From: a virus
Taxonomy: Duplodnaviria; Heunggongvirae; Uroviricota; Caudoviricetes
Reading direction: 5' to 3' (one strand)
DNA length: 64,000 bases
Virus record (IMG/VR): IMGVR_UViG_3300042558_002764
Coordinates: 42,906-106,905 of that record
The position numbers and the translations under genes are program-made. This document shows positions 16,357 through 26,900 of this stretch, in pieces (position 1 is the stretch's first letter; the number at the start of each line of letters is the position of its first letter). Below the pieces are notes generated by a model. The model was not told where the DNA came from, did not search any database, and saw only the letters and a program-made list of their open reading frames with translations.

Positions 16357-19152
16357 ATGGCTGACGAAAATTTTGGGCAAAATAAAAAAGACGCCAAAGA
16401 ATACTACGATACCCAAAGGCAAATAGCCAAGGTTATTAAACAACAAACCGAAAGTTGGTCAACATATGGTGATGCTCAAAAAACTGTTTCTGAAAATGCT
16501 AAACAGATACGAGATACACAGAAAAGAATTAATGAGTTATTAGCTGAAGGTTCTAAGGAAGCTAAAGCTGAAGCAGCTGAACTACAAAAACAAGTTGATT
16601 ATACTAGAGAATTAAACAAAGAATTAGCTAAAACTAGTGTCCTATTAAAAGCTGGTGGTAAAGCCATTGGTAAATGGGGTATGGACAAATTGTCAAAAGG
16701 TTTTGACAATATTCTAGATAGGTACAACAGAATGGATAGGTCTTCTAGAGAAGCAGCTATCAACATCGGTATGTCCACCACTAGAATGAACCAGTTTAGA
16801 ATGGTTGTGGCAAAATCACAGTCTAGTTTAACCGCGATGGGTGTTGAACTTGAGAAAGCTGGTCAAATGCAAGAATCTTTTGCTGACGCTACAGGTAGAC
16901 AAGTGATGTTAACCGAAAAGACATTGGTACAAATGGCTGCTTTAGCTAAGACAACTGGAATGGCTGAAGAAGAAATGGCTGGTTTAGTTGGTCAGATGGA
17001 TTCTTTCGGTATGGGGGCACAAGCCTCGTCACAAGCAATAAGTAATATTGTACAAAGAACAAATAAGTTAGGACTTAATACCAAAAACGTGATGAAAAAG
17101 ATTACACAGAATGTGGGTCTTTTAAATAAACTTAGTTTTAAAAATGGTATTAATGGTTTAGCTAAAATGGCTAGATATTCAGAAAAATATAAATTGTCGT
17201 TAGAAGCTGCAGCTGGTTTCGCTGAAAAGGTAATGAGACCTGAAGGTGCTATTGATGCGGCAGCTAATTTACAGGTGTTAGGTGGTAGTATGGCTCAAAT
17301 GGGTGATGCTTTTCAGTTAATGGGTCAGGCAAGAAATAACCCTGAAGAATTTATAAAGACTATCACAAAAGGTGCTGCGGAAGCTGCACAATGGGACGAT
17401 GTTTCCAAAAGTTTTAAAGTTAGTGCTTATCAAATGGATAGGTTAAGAGAGGCGTCTGAAGCAACAGGTATCTCTGTGGAAGAATTAGCTGGGACTGCTA
17501 AACAAACAGCTAAGATGAATATGTTTGGTAACCTAATTAAAATTTCTGGTGATGATAAGGAATTCTTGTCGGGGATAATGGAACTTGACAGTAAAGGTCA
17601 GGCTTTCCTTTTTGATGAGAAGGGTCATAAACAATATTTAAAAGATTTAAGTGCAACAGACCAACAAGCTATAGCGGATAAATTAACCGCGGAAAAAGAA
17701 ACTGAAAAAGAAAGAGCAATATCAAGACAAACTTCACAAGATTTATTAGTGAATAATTTAAATGCATTGTTAGATAAATTAATGCCAGCAATAGTTAAAT
17801 TTGACGATAGTCTTAGACCTATGTTGGAATCTTTGTTAAAGAAACTTGGTTCATGGGTTGATTCTTTAATTAAAAACCCTTGGTTACTTAAACTAGCTTT
17901 AGGTCTATTGGTATTTGCTAAAGTGGCACCAATATTATCAGCAATTCTTTCCCCATTAGCTTGGTTGTTGAAGGGTAGAATGTTAGCTCGTGGTTTTAAT
18001 GCAGGTGTTGCTAAAGGACCTTTAGGTGCCGCGGGTGCAGCTAAAAGTGGTGCACAAAGTGGTGCTGGTGGTAATATGGTTAAAGCTAAATCAGGTAAAA
18101 TGTACAACGCTGATAGCCCACAAGGAAAAATGATTAGTACTAAAGGTGGGACTCAACCATTAGGTGGAGGTCAGTCTGGTCAAGCAGGTAAGGCTAGTCA
18201 AATGGGTGATTCAACGGGAAAATCGGCAACAAACATGTTAAAAGGAGCCGCAGCTATATTAATCTTATCAGCAGCTTTATTTGTATTCGCTAAAGCGTTA
18301 CAGGAGTTTGAAAAGTTACAAAATGGGTGGCAAACATTAGCTTTAGCCGCAGTTAGTCTACTTGTTTTATCTGGAGCTTTATACGTTGTCGGTCAGATAA
18401 TGAGTAAAGCAAGTACAAATATATTATTGGGGTCTGTAGCTATATTAGCCTTAGGTATTGCGTTGATACCGTTTGCTTACGCGATGTCATTACTCGCTGG
18501 TGTGGGTGTGGGTACTATGTTAGGTGCCGCATTAGCCCTTGGTGCTTTTGCGTTAGCAGCATTTTTAATGGGTGTGGCTCTTGTACCTATTTTATTAGGT
18601 GCTGTAGCAATTGCCGTTTTGAGTTTAGCTTTGATGTTATTCGGGACAGCTCTACAAATGGTAGCACCTGGAATGGAAATGTTCTTATCTTCACTTTCAC
18701 AATTACCTTCATTAATTGGTCCGTTATTTATGTTTGGTCCGGCCTTAATGTTAGCGTCTGTTGGTATATTTGCTTTATCAGTTTCTTTATTCGCGTTAGG
18801 TGCCGCTTGGTGGTTTGGTGGGAGTGCCTTTAAAGATTTAACACATAGTCTTGCAGCACTTAAAGGATTAGACCTTTCTGGTATGTCATCTTCCATAAGG
18901 GCAATAAATCGTGTTGATTTGGATAAGATTGAGGCTATTAAAGATTTGGCTTCAATGCTTTCTTTAGTTAGTTTGTTTGGTGGTATTAAAATTGAATTTG
19001 GTGATATCGATGTTAAAGGTACTATTAATCTTAAAGGAGGGAGTGGGGTTAGTAGAGGTACTGATTGGGTTAACGACCCTGTATTTGTTTCCAAACTTAA
19101 AAACCTTATTTGGGAATCTACCGGTAAAGGTAAAAAGGGCGGCAAATCCTAA
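16357..19152 (+). CDS. Tail tape measure protein
   Basis: 931 aa helical, Ala/Leu/Gly-rich, with hydrophobic C-terminal repeats; canonical position after tube and chaperones. Confidence 0.85.
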   Translation: MADENFGQNKKDAKEYYDTQRQIAKVIKQQTESWSTYGDAQKTVSENAKQIRDTQKRINELLAEGSKEAKAEAAELQKQVDYTRELNKELAKTSVLLKAGGKAIGKWGMDKLSKGFDNILDRYNRMDRSSREAAINIGMSTTRMNQFRMVVAKSQSSLTAMGVELEKAGQMQESFADATGRQVMLTEKTLVQMAALAKTTGMAEEEMAGLVGQMDSFGMGAQASSQAISNIVQRTNKLGLNTKNVMKKITQNVGLLNKLSFKNGINGLAKMARYSEKYKLSLEAAAGFAEKVMRPEGAIDAAANLQVLGGSMAQMGDAFQLMGQARNNPEEFIKTITKGAAEAAQWDDVSKSFKVSAYQMDRLREASEATGISVEELAGTAKQTAKMNMFGNLIKISGDDKEFLSGIMELDSKGQAFLFDEKGHKQYLKDLSATDQQAIADKLTAEKETEKERAISRQTSQDLLVNNLNALLDKLMPAIVKFDDSLRPMLESLLKKLGSWVDSLIKNPWLLKLALGLLVFAKVAPILSAILSPLAWLLKGRMLARGFNAGVAKGPLGAAGAAKSGAQSGAGGNMVKAKSGKMYNADSPQGKMISTKGGTQPLGGGQSGQAGKASQMGDSTGKSATNMLKGAAAILILSAALFVFAKALQEFEKLQNGWQTLALAAVSLLVLSGALYVVGQIMSKASTNILLGSVAILALGIALIPFAYAMSLLAGVGVGTMLGAALALGAFALAAFLMGVALVPILLGAVAIAVLSLALMLFGTALQMVAPGMEMFLSSLSQLPSLIGPLFMFGPALMLASVGIFALSVSLFALGAAWWFGGSAFKDLTHSLAALKGLDLSGMSSSIRAINRVDLDKIEAIKDLASMLSLVSLFGGIKIEFGDIDVKGTINLKGGSGVSRGTDWVNDPVFVSKLKNLIWESTGKGKKGGKS

Positions 19153-19270
19153 TTAATATATAAGCATTTATTATTTATTATTAATACTTATTTTTAATTA
19201 AAGCTGATATGCGCTAAAATTAGTAAGTAAATTTAAATATGTAAATATTTATATAAAAAAGTTTAAAGGT

Positions 19271-22200
19271 ATGCCAAACGCGATAAACCCAAATGATTAT
19301 AATATAGATTTTTTCGCCACCGATTTTATTGGTGTTACGACAGCAGAAAGTTTTAGAGATTATCTTTTTAGTAAAAATTTACCTGACTTACCACCTGAAT
19401 TAATTAACGGTGCGGCAGGTAACTTTAGTAGTGACTATGCTGAAAAAGGTTTGGAGAAATCCATTAATTATACAAGTATATCGAATCCCGGTGATATTGA
19501 TGAGTGGTTGGTGGAGGGTAATTTTTCCACTTCACTTCACGAAGTTAGAGATATTAATTTATTATCAGGTAATAACTATGGGCCACCGACAATCGAGGCC
19601 TATAATGAACCAGGTTTAATACCTGAAAACACAGGTTTCTTACAATACCCTACTTCTTCAGGTGGAGACGACCTTAAATCAATTTTATTAAGTGACCAAT
19701 TAGCAGGTTTAGGACCTGGAGCGGCAATTAATTTTCCTTCAGACTTAAATGATATTGCGAAAGATAGAAGAAAAGAAGAAGCTATTAATAGACTTAAACT
19801 TAAAGCTCAAGATAATATTTTAGGTAAATTAAATTTAGACCCTTTTGGATTATTAGCGGGAGAAGATTTAATCCTTAGAGATTATAAAATCACAACAAGA
19901 CCGACAGTTTTAGGTAAGGTATTTGAATTTTTTAGTGATGCAGCAGATGTAACAATACCGAATAGTCCAATACCGTCAGGTGCCTTTGGTTCCTACGGAG
20001 ATTTAGATAACCCAGTTTCGTATTCCGATTTAATGGACTCTACTGGTTCTGGTACAAAAACTTTAATCTATAACGCTGTAGCTAGAAATAAATACGGACC
20101 TACATTAAGTGAACCAAAAGGTTTCTTAGCAAATACTTTTGGAGCAGGACAAGCTGCACAAAAAAATAATTATTTATCACCCGCTAGTACAACATTAGGA
20201 CAAGCGTTAGGAATTCCTTTAATAGATAAAATAAATCAGGCTGTAGGAAAAGCGGTTGACGCTTTAAATGGTGGGGTTAATAACGGGGTTGGTATAGAAG
20301 GAAATACACCACCCACAGAAACAGAAAACCCATCAATCACATTAGACAATATCCAAGAAAACGCACAGGCTGAATTTGATACATTATGGAATGGTCAAAA
20401 TATAGATACTTGGCAAACACAGGGACCCATAACTAAAATAGAGATACCTGGTATTGGATTAAGTCTAACTATTCCTGATAATGGACCCGATGGACCTATA
20501 GGTACAAAAATACCTATGAATGTTGGTGATGAATTTTACCCAGGAGAAATAAATGGTTCTAAAAATAGTGGTATATCTTATGATAGGGGAATGTATTGGG
20601 GTAGTCACACCAACAACCCATTTAAAAAAGGTATTTTAAAATACACACAAGATTTAATTAATAATTCTAGAAATACAAAAGATTATAAAGATAAAGCAAG
20701 ATTTGTCGGTGCAACAAACGACGCCTCAAATTTTGATGCAAAAAGTGGTAGACATAATAATTACTCTATGGGTAACACCGTTACTGATGCAGAAAACAAT
20801 TTTTATTGTCGTTCTTGGTCTGTAAGAAATCCATACAGAAAAGTTAGTGATTTAATTAGACACGGAGGTGGTGTTGATTCTTCTGGTAATACAAGAAGTT
20901 TAACAAGAGAAGATTTAAATTTAAGTGTATTAGATAATAATGGTTTTGTTAAAATAGCACCATATGTTGGGGATTTTAAATCTAGAAGTTTCAGCACTGA
21001 TGGTAGTGAAAATAATTTAGAATCTGGTGTATTAAAATTAGGAAATCCACAAATTCAAAAATACATGTTGTCTATTGAAAATTTAGCTTGGCAAAATAGT
21101 GAACATATATTACATGTTGCTCCTTGTGAGGTAGGACCTAACGGTGGACGTATAATGTGGTTCCCACCCTATGATATTAGTTTTACCGATAACTCTAGTG
21201 CCAATTGGGAAGCAACAAGTTTTATTGGTAGAGGTGAACCTGTGTACACTTACAATAATACCGAAAGAAGTGGTACCCTTAGTTTTACCTTGATTATTGA
21301 CCACTCAATGGCAATGACTGAAATAAAACAAAAGGGGGAAGAAGCTTTATTTAGATATTTCGCTGGATGTGAAAATCCAATAGAAGCCTTTACGTCAATT
21401 GTACCTAAAGCAGTTGAAGATGAAACAAAGGTACAACAAGTTACAGAAACAACAACAACTAAAACTGATGTAACTAAAGATAACCCTGAAGTTTGTGACC
21501 CTGAACCACCACCAGTAACTAAGTTACAATTTTATTTTAGGAATGCTAGAAGATTTGAATTAGATTCTGTTGGTACAAACTTAACAACTGAATTAGGTTC
21601 TAATGCTGATGAAAAACCACCCAATTATTTATCTCAATATACTAAACTTTGGCCTAATGGTTATTTAAGAGGTAGTTCAGGTACACCACCACCTACCATA
21701 CCTAACCCGAATAATCCTGGTCAGTTTATACCTAACCCTGCTTTTACATCTAGTACACAAACTGATATAGAAACTTTAAACCAACAAGCTTTAGACAATT
21801 TAAATACTTTAGTTGATTTCTTATTAACACCTGACGGTAAAAGATATAAAATTAAAATTATTGGTAAAACAAGTGATGCAGGACCAACTTCAGGTGGTAA
21901 AAGTAATGAAAAATTAGCTCAAAAACGTGCTAATTCAACAAAAGATTATTTATTAAACACACTTTACGCTGTAGAAACAGCTGTTGGTGTTGTTAAAGCA
22001 GAAAATTTAGGTTCACAAAAAACATACCCAACGGAAAAAGAATGGCGAGATAGTAATTTAAGATGGGAAGTTTTAGCTGTTGGTGAAACCGATTCTAGTT
22101 TATCAGTATCTTATGATGATGGTACTGGACAAAAAACGGAACAAAAAGATGATAATAGAACTTTTGGTGATTCACAAACAAGTGTACCACAAGCTATAAG

Positions 22201-23644
22201 AAATAGAACAACACTAGTTACTTTAGAATATAATAAAGAAATTGATGATACTTTAATTGGTGCGGCACAACCACCAATAACAGAGCAAACAGAACAAACA
22301 GTAGTTACTGTTAGAGATGTTGAAACCACAATACCCGCTAGTAAAGAAAAAATAGAAAGACAACGTGAAGCTGAATTAGCTGCAGCGTTAGCAGCGAAAG
22401 CTTCTAGATACATGGCTTGGGAATGTTCTTATTTTGAAAAAATGAAACAAGATGATTCATTTATTTATGAAACATTAACACAGAAATTAAAATATTTCCA
22501 CCCAGCATTTCACTCAATGACACCTGAAGGTTTTAATGCTAGATTAACATTCTTAAAACAATGTACAAGACAAGGACCTAACATTGCTGTAGGTGAACCT
22601 AGTAATTTAGCATTTGGTAAACCACCTGTTTGTGTTTTAAGAATTGGTGATTTTTATCATACCAAAATTATTATAGATTCAGTTAATTTAACTTTTGACC
22701 CATTACAATGGGATTTAAATCCTGAAGGTATTGGTGTACAACCAATGTTATGTAAAGCTGATTTAAGTTTTAAATTTATTGGTGGTTCTTCACTAGGTGG
22801 ACCTATATCACAATTACAAAATGCAGTAGGATTTAACTTCTTTGCTAATACGGCCTTATATAACCCAAGAGTAATTTCTAAATCGGTTGGTAAATATGTA
22901 ACAAAAAGGGTTGACCCACTTACAGGACAAGAAACTGAATTTACAGTACAAACACCTGCAGGAGCTAATGGTTCTATTGAATACGGTGCTTTCATGACAC
23001 CTAGACAATCAACATCAACAAGTTTATCTAATAATGACTCTAATGGGTCTACATCAAATTCTAGTACAGATACGGTACCAAATGATAAAGCAAAAGCTAC
23101 AGCTGATGCACAACAAGCGGACCAACAAGTAGCTGGTAAAGAGGCACAATCAACAGTTGCTGAACAAACTAAAGTTGACCAAGAGTTCACTAAAAAAGAA
23201 GAAGAAATAGCTGATAGCTCAACAGCAGAAAATGATGGTGTGAAAGGAAATACATTCCCTGGATTTGATAAAAAGACTGGTGTATATACAATGCAATATA
23301 CACAAATATTAACATGGAAAAAAGGTGGTGGAACAAATGCCGCACCTGCCGGTGTTAATAAGTTAAAGGTAGAAAAAGGACAAAAAGTTTATTTACAAAC
23401 TACCACAAACGGAAAAGAAATTTTTATTGGTGGTTCATTTAAAAACCCTGATAATAATAAAGTATATAGTACAATAAACAACCCTCTTAGGGTATACTGT
23501 AACGGGGATAACGGTTTCAATTTCTTCTTTGTAGAATCATCTGGAAATAGTGGTTTTTATACAAACACAGGATTCTATAATGTGGTAAAAAAAGTATTCT
23601 GTAAAGGTACTGTACCTAAAACATGGGCTGAATTAACAGCATAA
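19271..23644 (+). CDS. Tail tube initiator/baseplate protein (gp48/gp54/P2-U-like fold) with inserted OmpA-like domain
   Basis: WEATSFIGRGEPVYTYNNTERSGTLSF and GKPPVCVLRIGD...WDLNPEGIGVQP halves flank IIGKTSDAG...NEKLAQKRANSTKDYL...RNRTT. Confidence 0.7.
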   Translation: MPNAINPNDYNIDFFATDFIGVTTAESFRDYLFSKNLPDLPPELINGAAGNFSSDYAEKGLEKSINYTSISNPGDIDEWLVEGNFSTSLHEVRDINLLSGNNYGPPTIEAYNEPGLIPENTGFLQYPTSSGGDDLKSILLSDQLAGLGPGAAINFPSDLNDIAKDRRKEEAINRLKLKAQDNILGKLNLDPFGLLAGEDLILRDYKITTRPTVLGKVFEFFSDAADVTIPNSPIPSGAFGSYGDLDNPVSYSDLMDSTGSGTKTLIYNAVARNKYGPTLSEPKGFLANTFGAGQAAQKNNYLSPASTTLGQALGIPLIDKINQAVGKAVDALNGGVNNGVGIEGNTPPTETENPSITLDNIQENAQAEFDTLWNGQNIDTWQTQGPITKIEIPGIGLSLTIPDNGPDGPIGTKIPMNVGDEFYPGEINGSKNSGISYDRGMYWGSHTNNPFKKGILKYTQDLINNSRNTKDYKDKARFVGATNDASNFDAKSGRHNNYSMGNTVTDAENNFYCRSWSVRNPYRKVSDLIRHGGGVDSSGNTRSLTREDLNLSVLDNNGFVKIAPYVGDFKSRSFSTDGSENNLESGVLKLGNPQIQKYMLSIENLAWQNSEHILHVAPCEVGPNGGRIMWFPPYDISFTDNSSANWEATSFIGRGEPVYTYNNTERSGTLSFTLIIDHSMAMTEIKQKGEEALFRYFAGCENPIEAFTSIVPKAVEDETKVQQVTETTTTKTDVTKDNPEVCDPEPPPVTKLQFYFRNARRFELDSVGTNLTTELGSNADEKPPNYLSQYTKLWPNGYLRGSSGTPPPTIPNPNNPGQFIPNPAFTSSTQTDIETLNQQALDNLNTLVDFLLTPDGKRYKIKIIGKTSDAGPTSGGKSNEKLAQKRANSTKDYLLNTLYAVETAVGVVKAENLGSQKTYPTEKEWRDSNLRWEVLAVGETDSSLSVSYDDGTGQKTEQKDDNRTFGDSQTSVPQAIRNRTTLVTLEYNKEIDDTLIGAAQPPITEQTEQTVVTVRDVETTIPASKEKIERQREAELAAALAAKASRYMAWECSYFEKMKQDDSFIYETLTQKLKYFHPAFHSMTPEGFNARLTFLKQCTRQGPNIAVGEPSNLAFGKPPVCVLRIGDFYHTKIIIDSVNLTFDPLQWDLNPEGIGVQPMLCKADLSFKFIGGSSLGGPISQLQNAVGFNFFANTALYNPRVISKSVGKYVTKRVDPLTGQETEFTVQTPAGANGSIEYGAFMTPRQSTSTSLSNNDSNGSTSNSSTDTVPNDKAKATADAQQADQQVAGKEAQSTVAEQTKVDQEFTKKEEEIADSSTAENDGVKGNTFPGFDKKTGVYTMQYTQILTWKKGGGTNAAPAGVNKLKVEKGQKVYLQTTTNGKEIFIGGSFKNPDNNKVYSTINNPLRVYCNGDNGFNFFFVESSGNSGFYTNTGFYNVVKKVFCKGTVPKTWAELTA

Positions 23645-23655
23645 AATTTTAAAAT

Positions 23656-23970
23656 ATGGCAATATACTACGATAGATATAGAGATTTCAGGAAAGACGGT
23701 ATGGTAACAACCTTACCGTTTATAAAAATACCTGTAAAACCATCAGACAAAAGAATTGTTACGGATAATAAAACAAGATTTGATAAAATAAGTCAAACTT
23801 ATTATGGGAATCCCTTCCATGGTTGGTTGATATTACAAGCTAATCCAGAATTCGGTGGTTTAGAGTTTGACATTCCTGAAAATACAGTTATAATAGTACC
23901 ATTTCCTTTAAACAAATCATTAGAGGAATACCAATCTCAAGTAGAGAGATATAAAAGATTATACGGATAA
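23656..23970 (+). CDS. LysM-like/gp53-like baseplate wedge protein
   Basis: RFDKISQTYYGNPFHGWLILQANP...IPENTVIIVP pattern; 104 aa. Confidence 0.8.
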   Translation: MAIYYDRYRDFRKDGMVTTLPFIKIPVKPSDKRIVTDNKTRFDKISQTYYGNPFHGWLILQANPEFGGLEFDIPENTVIIVPFPLNKSLEEYQSQVERYKRLYG

Positions 23971-23984
23971 ATAATAAGTTTTTT

Positions 23985-26900
23985 ATGGCACTTAATCAAG
24001 GACCACAACCAAAAGTTCAAGATATGGGTAACGGAATTAGATACGTTGACCCAAACCCAACAGATGAAATAGTTAATCACGAAGACTTGGTGATGTATGT
24101 AAAACTAGTTGCTAGGTCTAAAGGTAGAAGTATCTTAACATTTGATGACGCTAATGACCAAGTTACTAATATTGTAGAACAAAGAAATGTAAAATCAGAA
24201 ACTAACTTCACATACCCAACAGGTAAAGATAGTATTGATACTAGTTGGACTAACATTGGGGGTGGTAACTTAAACTTTGGTGAAGATTTAGGTTCATTTG
24301 GTATCACAAATATTAATATAGAATTTAAATCTAGTTTCATGCCACAAATTGTAATTGATTTTGTGGATGTTCGTGGAGCAGCTTTATTTGAACAAGGACC
24401 CTGTTCACCTTACGCAGTCTTTTTTCACTTACCTTACCCTGTTTTTGAATTAACAGTAAAAGGATATTATGGTAGACCAGTTACATACACATTAGCTTTA
24501 ACTAAATTTAATACAAAATTTAATTCGGACACAGGTAACTTTGAATCGAAAGCAGAATTTGTGGGTTATACTTATGCATTCTTAGCGGATATCCCTATGG
24601 GATATGTTATGGCAGCTGGATTTATGGAAAAACCACATAATGGTAAAGATATTTTGGCTGAAAAATGGAAATTATTAATGGATAAAAAAGTTTTGGTTAA
24701 TAATGTAGAAACACCATTAATAGACCAAACGTCATTCACTGATGCTACAAAACCTATAAACGTTTATGATTTAATTAAATCCTCTAAAAAACTAGAATCA
24801 AGAACAAGTGAATTAAAAAATTCTACACAAGTAACCAATTTAGGTAAAATTAATAAAACCAAAAATGAGTTAAAGGGGTTACGAGAATCAGTTTTAGAAT
24901 TTAGACAAAAATTTTTAGAAAAAATAGCTAATTCCCCCAATGGTGGGTATAGAATTAGTCCCAATACTACAAACCAAAAAAACACATTATATTTAAAATT
25001 ACCCAACGTTAGTGCATCAGATGATAATCCAGTATTAGTTGAACTTAAAAAAGTAGTTGAAACTTATTTTGGTACAGGGGAAAACTCTCAATTAGGTGGT
25101 ACTATAGGTGCAAAATATAATTCCGTAAATAGTTATTACACAAATAATGCTATTGATGGACCACCAATACTTTCTTGGGATACAATTAAAACTAATGCTT
25201 CTGGATTTTTCGGTACACCAATAAATATAGTTGATGGTTTAAGAGATTATTATATTGATATATATGAAAGTTTATTAAAACCTATTGATGTTGCTAGTGT
25301 AGAACTTAATAAAAAATATATAATTGAAAAAGATAATACTAAAAATTTCTTAAACAAAGAAGTTGTGACCACGTTAGGTTTTTTACCTACAATTAGTAAT
25401 GTTTTTGCTATAATTCTAACAAACGTTGAGGTATTTCTAGAATTACTATTAAGAACTTCTCGTGACGCAGAAAAATATCACCAAGAAAATAATGTGAATA
25501 TTGGCCTAGATAAAACTGGGCTCCAACAAATTTTAGATTTAAAAGGTACCCAAAATAATGGTGCTGAATTATCTGATGAAGAGAACGATAAACAAAAAAA
25601 CAAAGTATATCCTTGGCCAACATATTATGAAAAGAAACAAGGTTCTGATAGTGAAGTTGGGGATAAAGAAACATACCCAGGGGAAAATCCCGAATTTGTT
25701 AGTTGGCCTGAAGTAATATTTGTTGAATCGTTTATTAAAGCTTTAACAAAATTAAAAGGTGAATTAGCTGTTTTAGAATTACAATTAGAAAATTTACCTG
25801 GTTATGATAATTTTGCCCCAATCACACCCTACGAAACTCACGCATTTGGTGTAGTAGAATCACCAAATAGATGGTTAAAAATACAAAACGGTAGTAGTGA
25901 CCAAGCTTCTTGGGCTGATTCAATCTATAAAGTAATGGGTGAAAATGCTTTTATTATTGGTGACTACACTATGATTAATAGTTTAAGTGTTTGGAAATCA
26001 CAATTAGGTTTTAAAAATGGTTGGGGTGTAGAAACATTAACTAATGGTAATGGGGCTAGTAATGGATATTCTAACACTGGTAATAAGTATTCTATTAAAC
26101 CACAAAGATTAGCAGAAAACCCAAAAGTATTACAAAATATTGCTGCAAATAACCAATTAGGTAGATATGGTGGTGAAGGATTTACCTACGGTTCACAAGG
26201 GAAAGATACAGATTCTTTTAAAAGAAAAATAGTTCCCGCTACCACAAAAAGAATGAAAGATTGGGGTTATGTTGATGCTTTAAATTTGATGACAACCCTT
26301 AAATTAGATGGCGGGGTAAATACGACCCTAGAATGGTTACAAAATGATATTACAACAGCAAAGAAAGATTTTATTATAACAGAAATAAAAAGAGTTTTAA
26401 CCAATAAACTTAAAACACAAAAATTTGATGAGTGGAAAGTTTCGGCTACCGCGGCTATTGGTGGTACACCAGCTCTTGTAGATAAACAATCACAAATATG
26501 GAATAGCTATTTCCAATACGTTACAGCTAAAAATGTATTAACACTAACAGGCCCAATTTATTTAAATGATAGGGTTGATAGTGCTAAAGATATAAAAATA
26601 TCAGCAAACCCACATAATAATGACGGAAGTGGAGCTGTTTTAGTAAAAGACACTGATTTAACAGCAAGAGAAATAGATTTTAGTAGTGATTCATTAATAG
26701 AAGAAATTAAAAATGGTTATAAAAAATATTATGCTAGTACTGAAGAAACTGATAGTGGTATAGCCGAAAATCTTTTAGAAGTTGGTTCTTTAGCGTATAG
26801 ATTATTAAAATTCAGGCCAAAAACACCTAGGGACAAACCAACTACCGCTTATGATACAAAAAAAGTGATAGAGACAGAGGCTGACATAAATTTAAGTAGA

